A stretch of DNA of 48,276 nucleotides, from contig JALAGF010000174.1 in NCBI GenBank assembly GCA_030167865.1, positions 1-48,276 of the forward strand, read 5' to 3'. The notes below the pieces were generated by a model. The model saw only the letters and a list, made by a program, of their open reading frames with translations, made no database searches and was not told where the DNA came from. Shown in pieces: positions 20,062 through 31,136 of the stretch. A program made the translations under genes and the position numbers. The stretch's first letter is position 1, and each line of letters begins with the position of its first letter. The stretch is from Craspedostauros australis (lineage: Eukaryota).

Positions 20062-20780
20062 TCTACGTCTTGGACAGCAGTAGAGCCGGACAGCTGAAGA
20101 GCTGGGCAGCTGGATGGATGTCTGGTTGACGACTGTTGGCAGGGATCGTTGTCGTGGTTGCTATTTGTGCTGCGGCCAAGCGGAGGGTCCCTCCCGAATG
20201 ACTGCCGTGAAATTCACTCGCCGATCAGGATGATGGAGCCATGCAATCGCAATTATGAGTGCAGTACTCTGCTCTATTCCATTCCACTCTGCTCTATGTC
20301 GTGTATCGTGGCTGCAATTCACACGCAGACCAAGAAGAGCAAGAAGACCAAGAAGACCAAGAAGATCGACCGCACCAATAACAACGAAGCATTTCGTGAG
20401 CAAGAAGATTGTGGCGCCTCGCAACACGAGACCAAGAAAGAAAGCCTTTCCTGCAACGCGGTTCTCGTTTCTGTTCCAATTTTCGAGTTCATTTGTAGCA
20501 TCTGGTCTAATTTTGGAATTACCGTTATCATCTAAAATAGGATATAATAGTTTGTGTTGTGATCCTGGTTTTGGGATCCCATTCTGCGCAGCTGTAAAAT
20601 GCCAACACCTAACGTCCTCGCACCATCAACGCACTTGTTTGGTGATGTGTTGACACAAACCAAATCAAGATCAGATCCACGCACCAACCGCAACTTCACA
20701 ACCGACAGCATTGCCTGTCACTGCAACCATCGCAAACGTATCACGTTCAGATTGGCAGCGAACTTCACGATCGCGCCACG

Positions 20781-21908
20781 ATGACTCTCGTCACCGCCCT
20801 CGTGCTCCCTATGGCCTTGTGCTTCACATCATGGAAAGAAGCATCCGCATTTTCCGCCGTTTCCTTGGCTTCACATCTTCACAATCAGCGCATCAACGGC
20901 CGTCGTCTCCATGCAGAATGCAGCAATGGTAGAGGAAGCGTTCCCATCTGCTATCGTCAGACTTGCCATCGCATGGCGAGCGTCACTAAGTCATTGGGGC
21001 ATGACGCAAGGCTCTCTATGACAACTCGGCTGTATTGCGACGATGGCGGCAGCGACAGTGGCAGCAGCAGCGACAGTGGCAGCGGCAGCAGCAGCGACAG
21101 CGGCAGCAGCACCAATAGTGACACCGGCAGCGACTCGAATTCTTCATCTTCGGACACCAGCACAACCACAAGCACGAGCAGCTCCTCCGATGCCACCATC
21201 GGTGCCAATGTCAAATTCAGCAGATCGTCAGATCAAGCATCCACAATCCAAATTCGTGGAAGCGAGAGTGATGCAGCCACACCGGCGGCAACGACAGGCA
21301 GCGACGATGAATCGACTTCCACGGCAGCGAGGACGACGGCAAACGCTGGAAACACGATCAACGAACGTCTCTTGCAGGAAATTCAAAGATCCGAAGAGGA
21401 GGAAAAGACCGGCCGCAAAAGCAAGCTGAGCAAGAAGCTCTCCCTCACCGACGGCTTCGGCCGACCGCGCAAGACGGACGCCGAGGTCCAGGCCGCCATC
21501 GAGGAGGCGCGCAATCTCAACGGCGTCAACCCCTGGGTGGCGTTGGGAGGATCTTTGTTCGCGTTCGTCGGTTCCGCCCTGCTCTGGTACGCCACGCAGC
21601 GGCTGGGATATTTCTTCGCCATGCACCCCACCATCGAATCCGACGCCTACTTCGTGGTGCGCGTCACGCAGGTCGTGCGCAATGCGTCGATGGGATTGAT
21701 CTCCTTGGCCAGCGGGTTCTTCGGCGTCGTGGGCCTCGGCATCTTTCTGCTGGGCGTGCGGGTGCTCTACGGCGTCACGACGGGAGAACTGGACCCCACG
21801 CCGTTGCCGTCCAAGCTGAAGAAGAAGGATGAGGTGACGGAGGGACTGGACAACGTGTGGGATCTCATGCTCAACAAGAAGCCCAACCGGCGCAACCGCA
21901 AAAAGTGA
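20781..21908 (+). CDS. Plastid-targeted DUF3082-like membrane protein (375 aa)
   Basis: Signal peptide ending EASA-FS (ASAF motif), followed by an Arg-rich transit peptide and an S/D-rich linker. It has a two-TM domain NPWVALGGSLFAF...VRNASMGLISLASGFFGVVGLGIFLLGVR. Confidence 0.78.
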   Translation: MTLVTALVLPMALCFTSWKEASAFSAVSLASHLHNQRINGRRLHAECSNGRGSVPICYRQTCHRMASVTKSLGHDARLSMTTRLYCDDGGSDSGSSSDSGSGSSSDSGSSTNSDTGSDSNSSSSDTSTTTSTSSSSDATIGANVKFSRSSDQASTIQIRGSESDAATPAATTGSDDESTSTAARTTANAGNTINERLLQEIQRSEEEEKTGRKSKLSKKLSLTDGFGRPRKTDAEVQAAIEEARNLNGVNPWVALGGSLFAFVGSALLWYATQRLGYFFAMHPTIESDAYFVVRVTQVVRNASMGLISLASGFFGVVGLGIFLLGVRVLYGVTTGELDPTPLPSKLKKKDEVTEGLDNVWDLMLNKKPNRRNRKK

Positions 21909-22800
21909 GGCTGTCGCACCAACATCAAACATTGATGGAGTGGTAGACTCTAGAGCATTGGTAGGATTGTGGTCTGGTATCGGAGCCCGTTTCTCTCCGG
22001 AGAGATTAGTGGAAGATTCTGCTCTATTTGGCTCTGCTACAACTGTTCGTTGCAGCACTGTATGCGGTACCACACACAATTCATGGGACAGCGCGTTGAT
22101 GAGACGGCCGAGGTATAGGTAGTAGTCAACATCGTTGTGCATCTCTCTAAAGATCCAGGAGGCGAGATAGCCACGAAGACGAGCAACACGAACTGACGCC
22201 ACCAATCCATACGGCAAAGGGCTCGTAGCGTGCCGACTCCGACCTGTACTCTACACCGAATCGTAAAATTCCACGAAGTCAAGCACATCACTTTGGACCT
22301 ATCTGACTAAACCAGGGAATTTGGAATTCTCTGACGTCGAATTCAACTTCAACATCTACGTTGTTCCAAGTACGAAACGTGCGTACACTGATTTCCAAAC
22401 ATGCGATGTGACTCTTGCAAAGTCTGTCCCTCCATCCGATAAACTTTCCACACAACCACGGCGCCAAAAAGAAGATCCGACAACCTGTGTTGTGTGTGTC
22501 TGTGGTTTTCCACGCACGTTCTTTTCTGCGATTCTGCAGACTTTTGTGGTTGACGATCCGCAGAAACTGGCGTCACAATTTGCAGTTCTGCACCCTCCTG
22601 ATTCCTCCGATCTTCTTGGCCTCCCTTGTTGTCTGTCTTCATTGCACATCAGGACATAATTGCAGCAACAGCAACAGCAACAACATTCCAAGCACCTATT
22701 ATATCTCTTTGGTTTGAATAAGATCTCAAACAGCCACCAGCAAGCGACGAAGCAGCAAGCCAAGCACATCAGACACAACCGCACACGCAAAAACAGAACA

Positions 22801-25800
22801 ATGAAGATCACGGCACTCTCCCTCTGGTTGGGATGCATCGCATCCAGCACGACCGCATTCTCGGCGCTTTCCTCCGCATCCAAATCTGCTGGACGCATGG
22901 CAGGACGCTCTGCTGGGGCACGATCGCTGTCCTTCGCCAGCGCCAACGTTGCTGGAGAGTCCCGCACCAAGCTCTCCGTTGCATCCGCAGACATCACCGC
23001 CATTGCGGACATGCAGCGCGGCATCGATGGACGCATCGAGGAAGCCTTTGCGGCTGCCAAGGAGAAGGGCGAGGCTGCGTTTGTCACTTTCATCACTGCG
23101 GGATACCCCACTGCCGAAGGTACGGTCATCCATCAGCAATCGATATTCCAGTGTAGTAGAGCAGAGTGAAGTGCAATGGAGTGGAGTGCACGAGATGGTG
23201 TTGCCTTGAATGAATTGGCAGATGGAACGACGGTTGGATGGATAGATGAATGCATGCATGGGTAGTGCAGCTGGTTGGCTGTTGGCATGCCTGTCCGCAT
23301 GCTTGCTTGCTTGCTTGCTTGGGTTGACCAAGTGATGGAGAATCGCAGAAGTGAACGTTGGAAATGCCTCAGCATCTGCCAAGCCAACTCCAAAAGTGTT
23401 TCAAATACAAACACGTAGATCGTAATTCTCAAACACCTGCTGCTCTCTCCGTCCATTCATTTATTCCTCCCCATCTCTTCATCTATCGATGGGCGGCTGT
23501 ATCATGACTTTGCCGGCACCAATTCAATGGCGACCGACTTCATCGTTGTCACCACCACCACCAACGACATCGACAAATGTTCACAATCTGGACCTTCCCA
23601 TTCCTGACATGGAAACTTGGATCTCGAATGCCATGGCATGCTACGCCATACCACACCTCTCGTGCAATGCAATGCGTGTCACATTCGAACCTGAAAATCA
23701 TGCGGCCAATGATGCACAACCAATATTGCTGCAAATGCACTCGATCCACAACATCAAATTGATCGACTCCAACAAACAAATGAATGGATGAATGATTTGA
23801 ATTTTCGATTGACACCAAATCGGCACATCGCACCCAATCACACCAAACACTTCGTTGAAATACATCCCATCATATTGCAACAGACACGCCATCCATCCTG
23901 CTTGCCATGCAAGAAGGAGGTGCCGCTGTCATCGAATTGGGAGTTCCGTACACTGACCCACAGGCCGATGGGGCAACAATTCAGCACACCAACCAGGTCG
24001 CTATCAAGAACGGAACCTCCGAGATCTCGCAGTGCCTGGACATGGTCAAGAAGGCGCGTGAGATGGGACTCACCGTCCCGGTCGTCCTCATGGGGTACTA
24101 CAACCCGTTCTTCCAGCTGGGCGTAGAGAAGCTCTGCGAGGATACCAAGGCAGCTGGCGCCGATGGTTTCATTGTAGTTGACCTCCCACCGGAGGAGGCC
24201 ATCGATCTCAATCAGGCCTGCGGAAAGCACGGTCTCTCCAATATCCCGCTTGTCGCACCAACCAGCAGCGACAAGCGCATTAAATCGCTTGCCGACACTG
24301 CCTCTACATTCATGTACTGCGTCTCCGTGGCCGGTGTCACCGGTGCTCGCGATGAGCTGCCAGCAGACCTCGATGAATTCGTCTCCCGCGTGCGTGCCCA
24401 GACGGATCTCCCGCTCGCTGTTGGCTTCGGAATCTCCAATCCAGGCATGGTCAATGGAGTCGCCAACCTCGCGGATGGAGTCGTCGTCGGCAGCGCCATC
24501 CTGAATGCCATGGATGACGTCGGCGCTGATGGCAGTACCGAGGAACGCGCCGAGGCCGTGCGTGCTAAGGTCGCCGAGCTCGTCACCGGTACCAAGCAGG
24601 CCGCCGATGCCAAATACCAGGCCACCACATTGGGCAAGTCGCCAGAAGCCTTCGATGCGCCAAGCAACATCAAGCGATTCGGTGAATTCGGTGGCCAGTA
24701 CATTCCAGAGACACTTGCGGTTGCCTTTGAGGAAATCGAGGAGGCGTACGCAGAGGTGTCCAACGACCCAGAGTTCCAGGCAGAGCTCATGCGTTACCGC
24801 AAGGATTTCATCGGAGGCCCAACCCCATTGCACAAGGCGGAGCGTTTGACCGAGATGGCGGGAGGTGCCACCATCTGGCTGAAGCGTGAGGATTTGGCAC
24901 ACACCGGTGCCCACAAGATCAACAACGCCATCGGCCAAGCTTTGTTGGCCAAGCGTCTTGGAAAGCCACGCATCATCGCCGAGACCGGTGCCGGACAGCA
25001 CGGTGTCGCCACCGCCACTGTCTGCGCCATGCTCGGGCTGGAGTGCATCGTCTACATGGGCGCCGTCGACTGCGAGAGACAGAAGCTGAACGTCTTCCGC
25101 ATGAACACCCTGGGTGCCAAGGTCGTCCCGGTCCAGGCCGGACAGCGAACGCTCAAGGACGCTATCAACGAGGCCATGCGCGACTGGGTCACCAACGTCC
25201 GCGACACCCACTACCTCATCGGATCCGCCGTCGGGCCACACCCATTCCCAACCATCGTGCGTGACTTCCAGGCCGTCATCGGAAAGGAGATCAAGCAGCA
25301 ATTCCATGAGAAGGAGGGACGTCTCCCAGACGCCATCGTTGCTTGCGTCGGTGGCGGATCCAATGCGATCGGCGCCTTCTACCCATTCGTCGAGGATGAG
25401 AGCGTGGCCCTGCACGGTGCCGAGGCCGCCGGCAAGGGCATCGAGTTCGACGAAGAGCATTGCGCCACACTCACAGTTGGTACGCCAGGTATCCTGCAGG
25501 GTGCCAGAACCTACATCATCCAGGAGAAGTCCGGACAGACACAAAACACCCAGTCCATCTCCGCCGGTTTGGACTACCCAGGAGTCGGACCAGAGCACGC
25601 CTACCTGAAGGCCAGCGGTCGCGCCAGCTACGTTGGAGTGACCGACAAGGAGGCACTGGAGGGATTCAAGATGATGTGCGAGTACGAAGGTATCATCCCA
25701 GCTCTTGAGACATCTCACGCGATCTACCACGCCATCCAGCTCGCCAAGGAGCTCGGTCCAGACAAGCACCTCGTCATCAACATGTCCGGTCGCGGTGACA

Positions 25801-25844
25801 AGGACATGCCGCAAGTTGCCAAGCTGATGGGCGTCGAAGTGTAA
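22801..25844 (+). CDS. trpAB: Plastid-targeted bifunctional tryptophan synthase, alpha-beta fusion (2 exons: 22801-23119, 23884-25844; ~759 aa)
   Basis: Signal [21 protein letters not shown] phase-1 intron GTACGG(23120)...CAG(23883) joins [10 protein letters not shown] to [10 protein letters not shown]. Alpha motifs: [34 protein letters not shown]. Beta motifs: [23 protein letters not shown] (PLP lysine), [34 protein letters not shown]. Confidence 0.98.
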
Positions 25845-26291
25845 GGTCTGTGTGCTTGCGTGCGAGCATTTGTCGTCATCTGTTGGCGTTCCACCCGAAG
25901 CGAAAGGCAATAGGCAACAAACAAGGAGCGCGGCGCAACAGAACACGACGTAAAAATGAGGAACTCTTCCTGCAATAGTGCATTTATACAATTACGCAGT
26001 GATGGGTCTGCTTGTTTTGATGAATGTCGCGAGTACATACAGTGCAGTGAACATGGTGCTGAAGCTCTTGCGCGCAAGCATGTATGTTGGTAAGCGATGC
26101 GAGACTGCCATGTGGTGTCATACACACACTTCGTCCCATCTTTCGTCCAGAAGTGGTTGCCTCTGTGATCGATTGTTCGGTGTGAGTGTGCGATCGTCGC
26201 AATCCATCTGCATAGTACTTGTTGTACTCGTATGTTTGGTCGAACGATGACAGGGAACTTTGTGCAAATGGGAGATCAGAAATATCCCCAT

Positions 26292-26293
<2 letters not shown>

Positions 26294-26325
<32 letters not shown>
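26294..26325. repeat. (AG)16 microsatellite
   Basis: Perfect dinucleotide run. Confidence 0.97.
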
Positions 26326-26328
<3 letters not shown>

Positions 26329-26393
26329 TCTACGCGCGCAATCACTCGTCCTCGGCGTGAATCATCCCGCGCTCCACCTGCAGCAAAGAGCGT

Positions 26394-26666
26394 TCATTTG
26401 TTGGACGACTTGGGAGGTGGTGACGGTTCCAACGACGGTGGCGACGACGTGGAGGATCGCATGACTACCTTGAAGACGGCGACGCTGAGCGTGAGCACAG
26501 CCGCGCCAATCGCAACGCTCCCCAACCTGCGACGCCATTTGACGATGAAGCTCTCGTGACGTTCCCTGTACCCCGCGAGTTCTTCGTAGTCCATCATCTT
26601 GCCAGCCGCAAATCCAGCCAGGAAGACGAAGGAATGGGAGAGGAACAGAGACTTGGCGGAAACCAT
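26394..26666 (-). CDS. Small two-hydrophobic-segment hypothetical protein (~90 aa)
   Basis: ATG at 26666 gives MVSAKSLFLSHSFVFLAGFAAGKMMDYEELAGYRERHES...LGSVAIGAAVLTLSVAVFKVVM. Codon usage is gene-like. Confidence 0.6.
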   Translation of the reverse strand: MVSAKSLFLSHSFVFLAGFAAGKMMDYEELAGYRERHESFIVKWRRRLGSVAIGAAVLTLSVAVFKVVMRSSTSSPPSLEPSPPPKSSNK

Positions 26667-27533
26667 GGCGGAAGGAGAGTGCAGTACTCTATTGTGCAGT
26701 GTAGTGGAGCGTGTGTCGAGCAGAGCGCTTTGACCGGCACGAATAGGAAGATTCGAAAGGGAGGGGATGATTCTGTGTTTACGATCTATGAACACATCTC
26801 AAGAACTGAAGTGTGAGTACGGACGATCCATGGGTGTGGATCGGCGACAAGAAGAGTGGAGGGCCAAGAACCACCAAAAGGGAGCGTCCCTGTCCGAACG
26901 CAGATGCGTCCGACCAAATCAGGACTCCACCCGCGCGGGTCGTACGATCTATGGTAACTGGAATCTGTACTCGGATGGTTGCAATGTCTGGTTCTACTCT
27001 CTCGAGAGGGATGAAAGGTCCACTTCTCCATCCATTTACGCCTGGAGGACCCTACTTTGCCCTACTCTTACCTTCTCAGAGCATGCATTGAGTAAAGCGT
27101 GTATCATACCACGCGATGTCCATTCACATATCTAGACTCAACTGAGAATACTATCTTGGCCACCAAACCACAAAATGAAGCCCCAAAGTCTGTCAGTCCA
27201 CCGTGTGGCTGTTTTCATTTGCTGACGTCACACTATCAACGAAACAACACAAATCGATTGCCTTCTTCCGACACAACCGAGTGAAATTTTCGTCGATTTG
27301 GCGAACATCAGTCATCCATGACGATCCGTGGTATTCATCTGTGCCTCTTTGTGTTCGCATGAAGACTGCGTCCAACAGACCCCGAAGATCACTACAGTCA
27401 TCACAGAGTCGCCCTCACAACCACAAATAAACCAGAAGCGCGCCATTCAAGAGAGCACCATCACTTCTGCATACTCGTACACTCGCTCGTGCACGTAGTC
27501 GCACACATACCAAGTCAAGAGAAGTGCTGAAGG

Positions 27534-28526
27534 ATGGCGGCCGCCACGACTCCGCAATCGCAGGAACGGCTGCTGGATGCAGAGGCGATCGAGACCGCGA
27601 TGGCCGGCATCACCCGACCGACGGCGAAGATGCATCTGGAGGCCTTGGTCAAGAAGCTCAAGCGCGAAGCAGATGCTCTGAAGCGCATGGAGGCCAGCGC
27701 CAGCAAGTCCGAGGCGGATAGCGATGCCAAAGCATCGTCGGCAGACCAGCAGGATGTGGCAGCACCATCTGCAGCAGCAGCACCGGCCAAGGTGATGCAG
27801 CCAATCGCAAAGACATCCGTCAAGTACACCAACATCGATCGATTCGCCTTCGATGCAGGAAGCTCCACCGCCAAGTTCGTCACGCTGTACATCGATCTGG
27901 CAGGTGTGGGAAGCCTCGACAAGGACAAGGTCCAGTGCAACTTCCAAACGGATTCCTTCGACTTGGTGGTGCATGACCTCGACGGTAAGTCCTACCGTCT
28001 CGTGCAGACATGCTTGGAGAAGGACATCCAACCCGACAAATCCCTCATCAAGATCAAGCCTAACAAGATCCTCGTGAAGTTGGCCAAGTGCGAGAGCACA
28101 GGAGAGTACGCCTCCGGATACGACTATTGGTCCAAGTTGTCGGACCCCAAGAAGAAGGGACCACAGCGCAACAAGGATAATCCTTCGGCCGGCATCATGG
28201 ACATGATGAAGGACATGTACAATTCGGGCGATGAGAAGACACGCCAAATGATCGGCGAGACCATGATGAAGCAGCGGGAAGGCAAGCTGGGCAGTGGTAT
28301 GGGTGGCATGGGCGGAATGGGAGGTATGGGCGCCATGGGTGGCATGGGCGGAATGGGCGCTATGGCAGGTCTGGGTGGCATGGGAGGCATGGAGGGCCTC
28401 GACGATATCAAAAAGCAGCTCGGGGAGCTGGAAAGCTCAGGTGTGACTTTCGATGACAGCGACAGCGATGACAGCCTCTTGGATGGCATTGACGACGACG
28501 ATGATGACGACAGTGATGACGAGTAG
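27534..28526 (+). CDS. CACYBP: Calcyclin-binding protein / Siah-interacting protein (330 aa)
   Basis: N-terminal helical hairpin, then a CS domain (KFVTLYIDLAGV...FQTDSFDLVVHDLDGKSYRL...LEKDIQPDKS...ILVKLAK) and an SGS domain (NPSAGIMDMMKDMYNSGDEKTRQMIGE). Confidence 0.9.
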   Translation: MAAATTPQSQERLLDAEAIETAMAGITRPTAKMHLEALVKKLKREADALKRMEASASKSEADSDAKASSADQQDVAAPSAAAAPAKVMQPIAKTSVKYTNIDRFAFDAGSSTAKFVTLYIDLAGVGSLDKDKVQCNFQTDSFDLVVHDLDGKSYRLVQTCLEKDIQPDKSLIKIKPNKILVKLAKCESTGEYASGYDYWSKLSDPKKKGPQRNKDNPSAGIMDMMKDMYNSGDEKTRQMIGETMMKQREGKLGSGMGGMGGMGGMGAMGGMGGMGAMAGLGGMGGMEGLDDIKKQLGELESSGVTFDDSDSDDSLLDGIDDDDDDDSDDE

Positions 28527-29264
28527 GGTGTTGGTACTCTGCAACGCTTTCGCATACTCTGCGTCAGGATAGAGCGAGCGCTACACAATGCAATTCTACA
28601 GATGTTATTGTCGTGCATGCCGGAGTACACCAAATGTAGAGCGAGCGTACTCGATCGCTACTCGTTGGCGCCGCAGGGTTCCAAGCTGAACGATGGGAGC
28701 GACAGCGAACCGACACGCCAACACGATATGATTAGTCCAGGAACGAGCTGGGGACGAGTCTCAATGCCAGTCCAATGAAAGAATCAGGTCAGGAGAGCAG
28801 CCAGGCACGATACACAGGCAGAAGACCTGTACTCAGTAGGCCTGCACTCAGTACACCTACAATTAGTAGACCAACATTAAGCAAGCAAACAAACCAACCA
28901 ATACGCAGGAGTAAAATCAAGGTTGCACTGGTATGAGTTGTACGTGTACGGCTACGGTCAGCGCGGCAAGGAGAATGCTCATCGCAACTCGTGGTATCTG
29001 CTCGTGCACGATCGTGGCGAGTCACGGATGTCATCACCATTCGCGTTCAATTTGGCGCCAAATTTCTGCCACCACAAACCACCACCAAAAGATACCAGCC
29101 TGCAGCCATCAAAGATGATGTGCCGCGATCCTCTTGCGATGGCTCTCAATTCGCATTCGACATCAGAGAGCAGAACAAGCAAGACGGCGCAACATTTTAC
29201 TCAGATGAAAATCGGGACGCCCGGTCATTGGAAGAAACGAAAGAAGCGCTTTCCAGACTGCAGC

Positions 29265-30590
29265 ATGGCGAACGCTGCGACCATCGGCCAATGCTTCCGT
29301 TTGCGATGCTTGCTTCGCGCATGGGTGATCGCGTCTCTGTGGATGGCCCATCATGCAGCAGCATTTACGGTGACTCACCTGCCGTCTGTTGTTGTACAGA
29401 AGCAGCGGGGATGCCATCCGGACTGCTTTCGTCGCCGGAAGGTCACGTCCCGACAATCACCGGGTCGTCAGCAATCCGTATTGTCATCCAACCCCGCCAA
29501 TTTCGATGCGGATCGACTGCGGAATCTTCTGCGCATCGAGATCACGAACGATATGCTTCAAAGCGTTGAGCTTCCGCGTGGAGCTTCCAGCGTGGCCTTC
29601 CCTTTCGCACAAGATGAAGCAACTGATGATGCCGGCCTCCATCCTGATGATATTCCTGGTGGTGACGACAACGATGCTCGCAGTCTGCAGCAATCTCGGC
29701 GGCGACAGTGTCTCCAAATTATGTTGACAAGGTGGACAACAATACTTCAACCCTACCTCGGGAACAACACGTGGGTCGCCTCCAGTACGATTCCGAGCGC
29801 GGGTTTGGGATTGTTCGCAGCACGATCTTTCCAAGCGGGAGAAATCATCACTTGCTATCCGGGCGACGGACTCTTGTTGGACACGCATCCGACCGATGCC
29901 TCCGATGACGACGAGTACGGCGACAGTAAACGTGGTGACGATGGAAACGAGGGCGGAACAGTTGGCACGCAAGAGGGCAGTAGCTCTGTGGACGACAACA
30001 GCGACGTGGACTTCGACTTCGACTATGACGACGCCTCCATAGATTTGGATTCGATTGAATGGGATGGAACGATTGATGATGCATCGAGAGAAGTGCTATG
30101 GACGCCAAGAGTCTTCGGCAGCGACGGGGCCATTCCAATCCAAGCACAACGCATGCAAATCGAGGATTTCAGCCTTTCGGTGTGCGACGATTATTCCATC
30201 GTCGCCCTACCGTCTCTAGGCGCGATGGAGACGCCCGTCGAATCAGATGAGAAACTTCATGAAGACTCCTGCTATGCTGGCCATTTTGCGAATGACGGCA
30301 CTTCATTGCAAGCCAACGGTGGATCTGTCTCTTCGTACGTGATTGCATCTAACGATGCGGCCAATGCGATGCACACCAACATCGACGATCGCCACATGGC
30401 GACGATTGCAACCTGTTCCATCGATGTTGGAGAAGAGGTATTCGTCACGTACGGCCCCGACTACTGGCTGGATTACAATGCTCGGAATGACATCGCTACC
30501 GACACGGGCGTGAGCATGGAGATGGAATGGGATGATCAAACAGATGGAGATGGTGCCAGATGTGTTGGCAAAGGTTTTGGTTTTCGGTGA
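29265..30590 (+). CDS. Probable plastid-targeted SET-domain methyltransferase (~441 aa)
   Basis: The ATG at 29265 gives a signal peptide ending HAAA-FT. SET motifs are STIPSAGLGLFAARSFQAGEIITCYPGD, GHFANDG and IDVGEEVFVTYGPDYW. The protein ends with GKGFGFR. Confidence 0.82.
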   Translation: MANAATIGQCFRLRCLLRAWVIASLWMAHHAAAFTVTHLPSVVVQKQRGCHPDCFRRRKVTSRQSPGRQQSVLSSNPANFDADRLRNLLRIEITNDMLQSVELPRGASSVAFPFAQDEATDDAGLHPDDIPGGDDNDARSLQQSRRRQCLQIMLTRWTTILQPYLGNNTWVASSTIPSAGLGLFAARSFQAGEIITCYPGDGLLLDTHPTDASDDDEYGDSKRGDDGNEGGTVGTQEGSSSVDDNSDVDFDFDYDDASIDLDSIEWDGTIDDASREVLWTPRVFGSDGAIPIQAQRMQIEDFSLSVCDDYSIVALPSLGAMETPVESDEKLHEDSCYAGHFANDGTSLQANGGSVSSYVIASNDAANAMHTNIDDRHMATIATCSIDVGEEVFVTYGPDYWLDYNARNDIATDTGVSMEMEWDDQTDGDGARCVGKGFGFR

Positions 30591-31136
30591 GACTTGTTTC
30601 GCACGAAAGAGTTCAAACTGTTGACCACTGGCAACACCTCGCTCTTGCATGCGTGTTCTCCATTCCGAGGAAAATCCCGCGCGCGATCCACCGAGCTGCA
30701 GCAGGCACGTAGAGACACGCACAAGTTGTCTTCCATACGAGCTACATAAGAAAGGGATGGATATGTTAGGTTTGCAACTTATCTCATCTCCAACTCTCAC
30801 AAGGACTTGTACAGTTTGTGAAGGCGCTGCCCGAGTCAGAATGAATCTTCTTGTGGGGGCTTGGGTGCCCGCTGGGCGCCTTTCGGGTTCTGTGAGTCTG
30901 TCAGATGCAAGTCCATCCGGGCTCGAGGCATAGACCAACTCCAACTCCGACTCCGACTCCAGTGTCACTCCACAGTTTGCGTGTGCTTAAAGTGCAGCTG
31001 CGTTGCTTGTTCTAAGTGTTGCTCAGATTATCCAGTCATTGCTGTTGCATTCATCAAAATGCGGTGAGTGAGTGGACCAAGGCACACGATTGCCTATCAT
31101 CGCTGCTTACCGTCAGCGAATCTCTGGCTTTTCCGT

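Noticed and set aside
20329..20367. 9-bp CAAGAAGAC repeats and overlapping short ORFs between E2F and DUF3082
   Set aside because: Simple intergenic minisatellite. The ORFs lack coding features.
23838..25991. 717 aa minus-strand ORF
   Set aside because: Antisense shadow of tryptophan synthase caused by strong codon bias. It has no recognisable motifs.
28923..29264. N-terminal extension of the SET ORF as called in the ORF track
   Set aside because: It begins at a non-ATG codon, and the ATG at 29265 gives a clean signal peptide. Upstream in-frame ATGs cannot be fully excluded.
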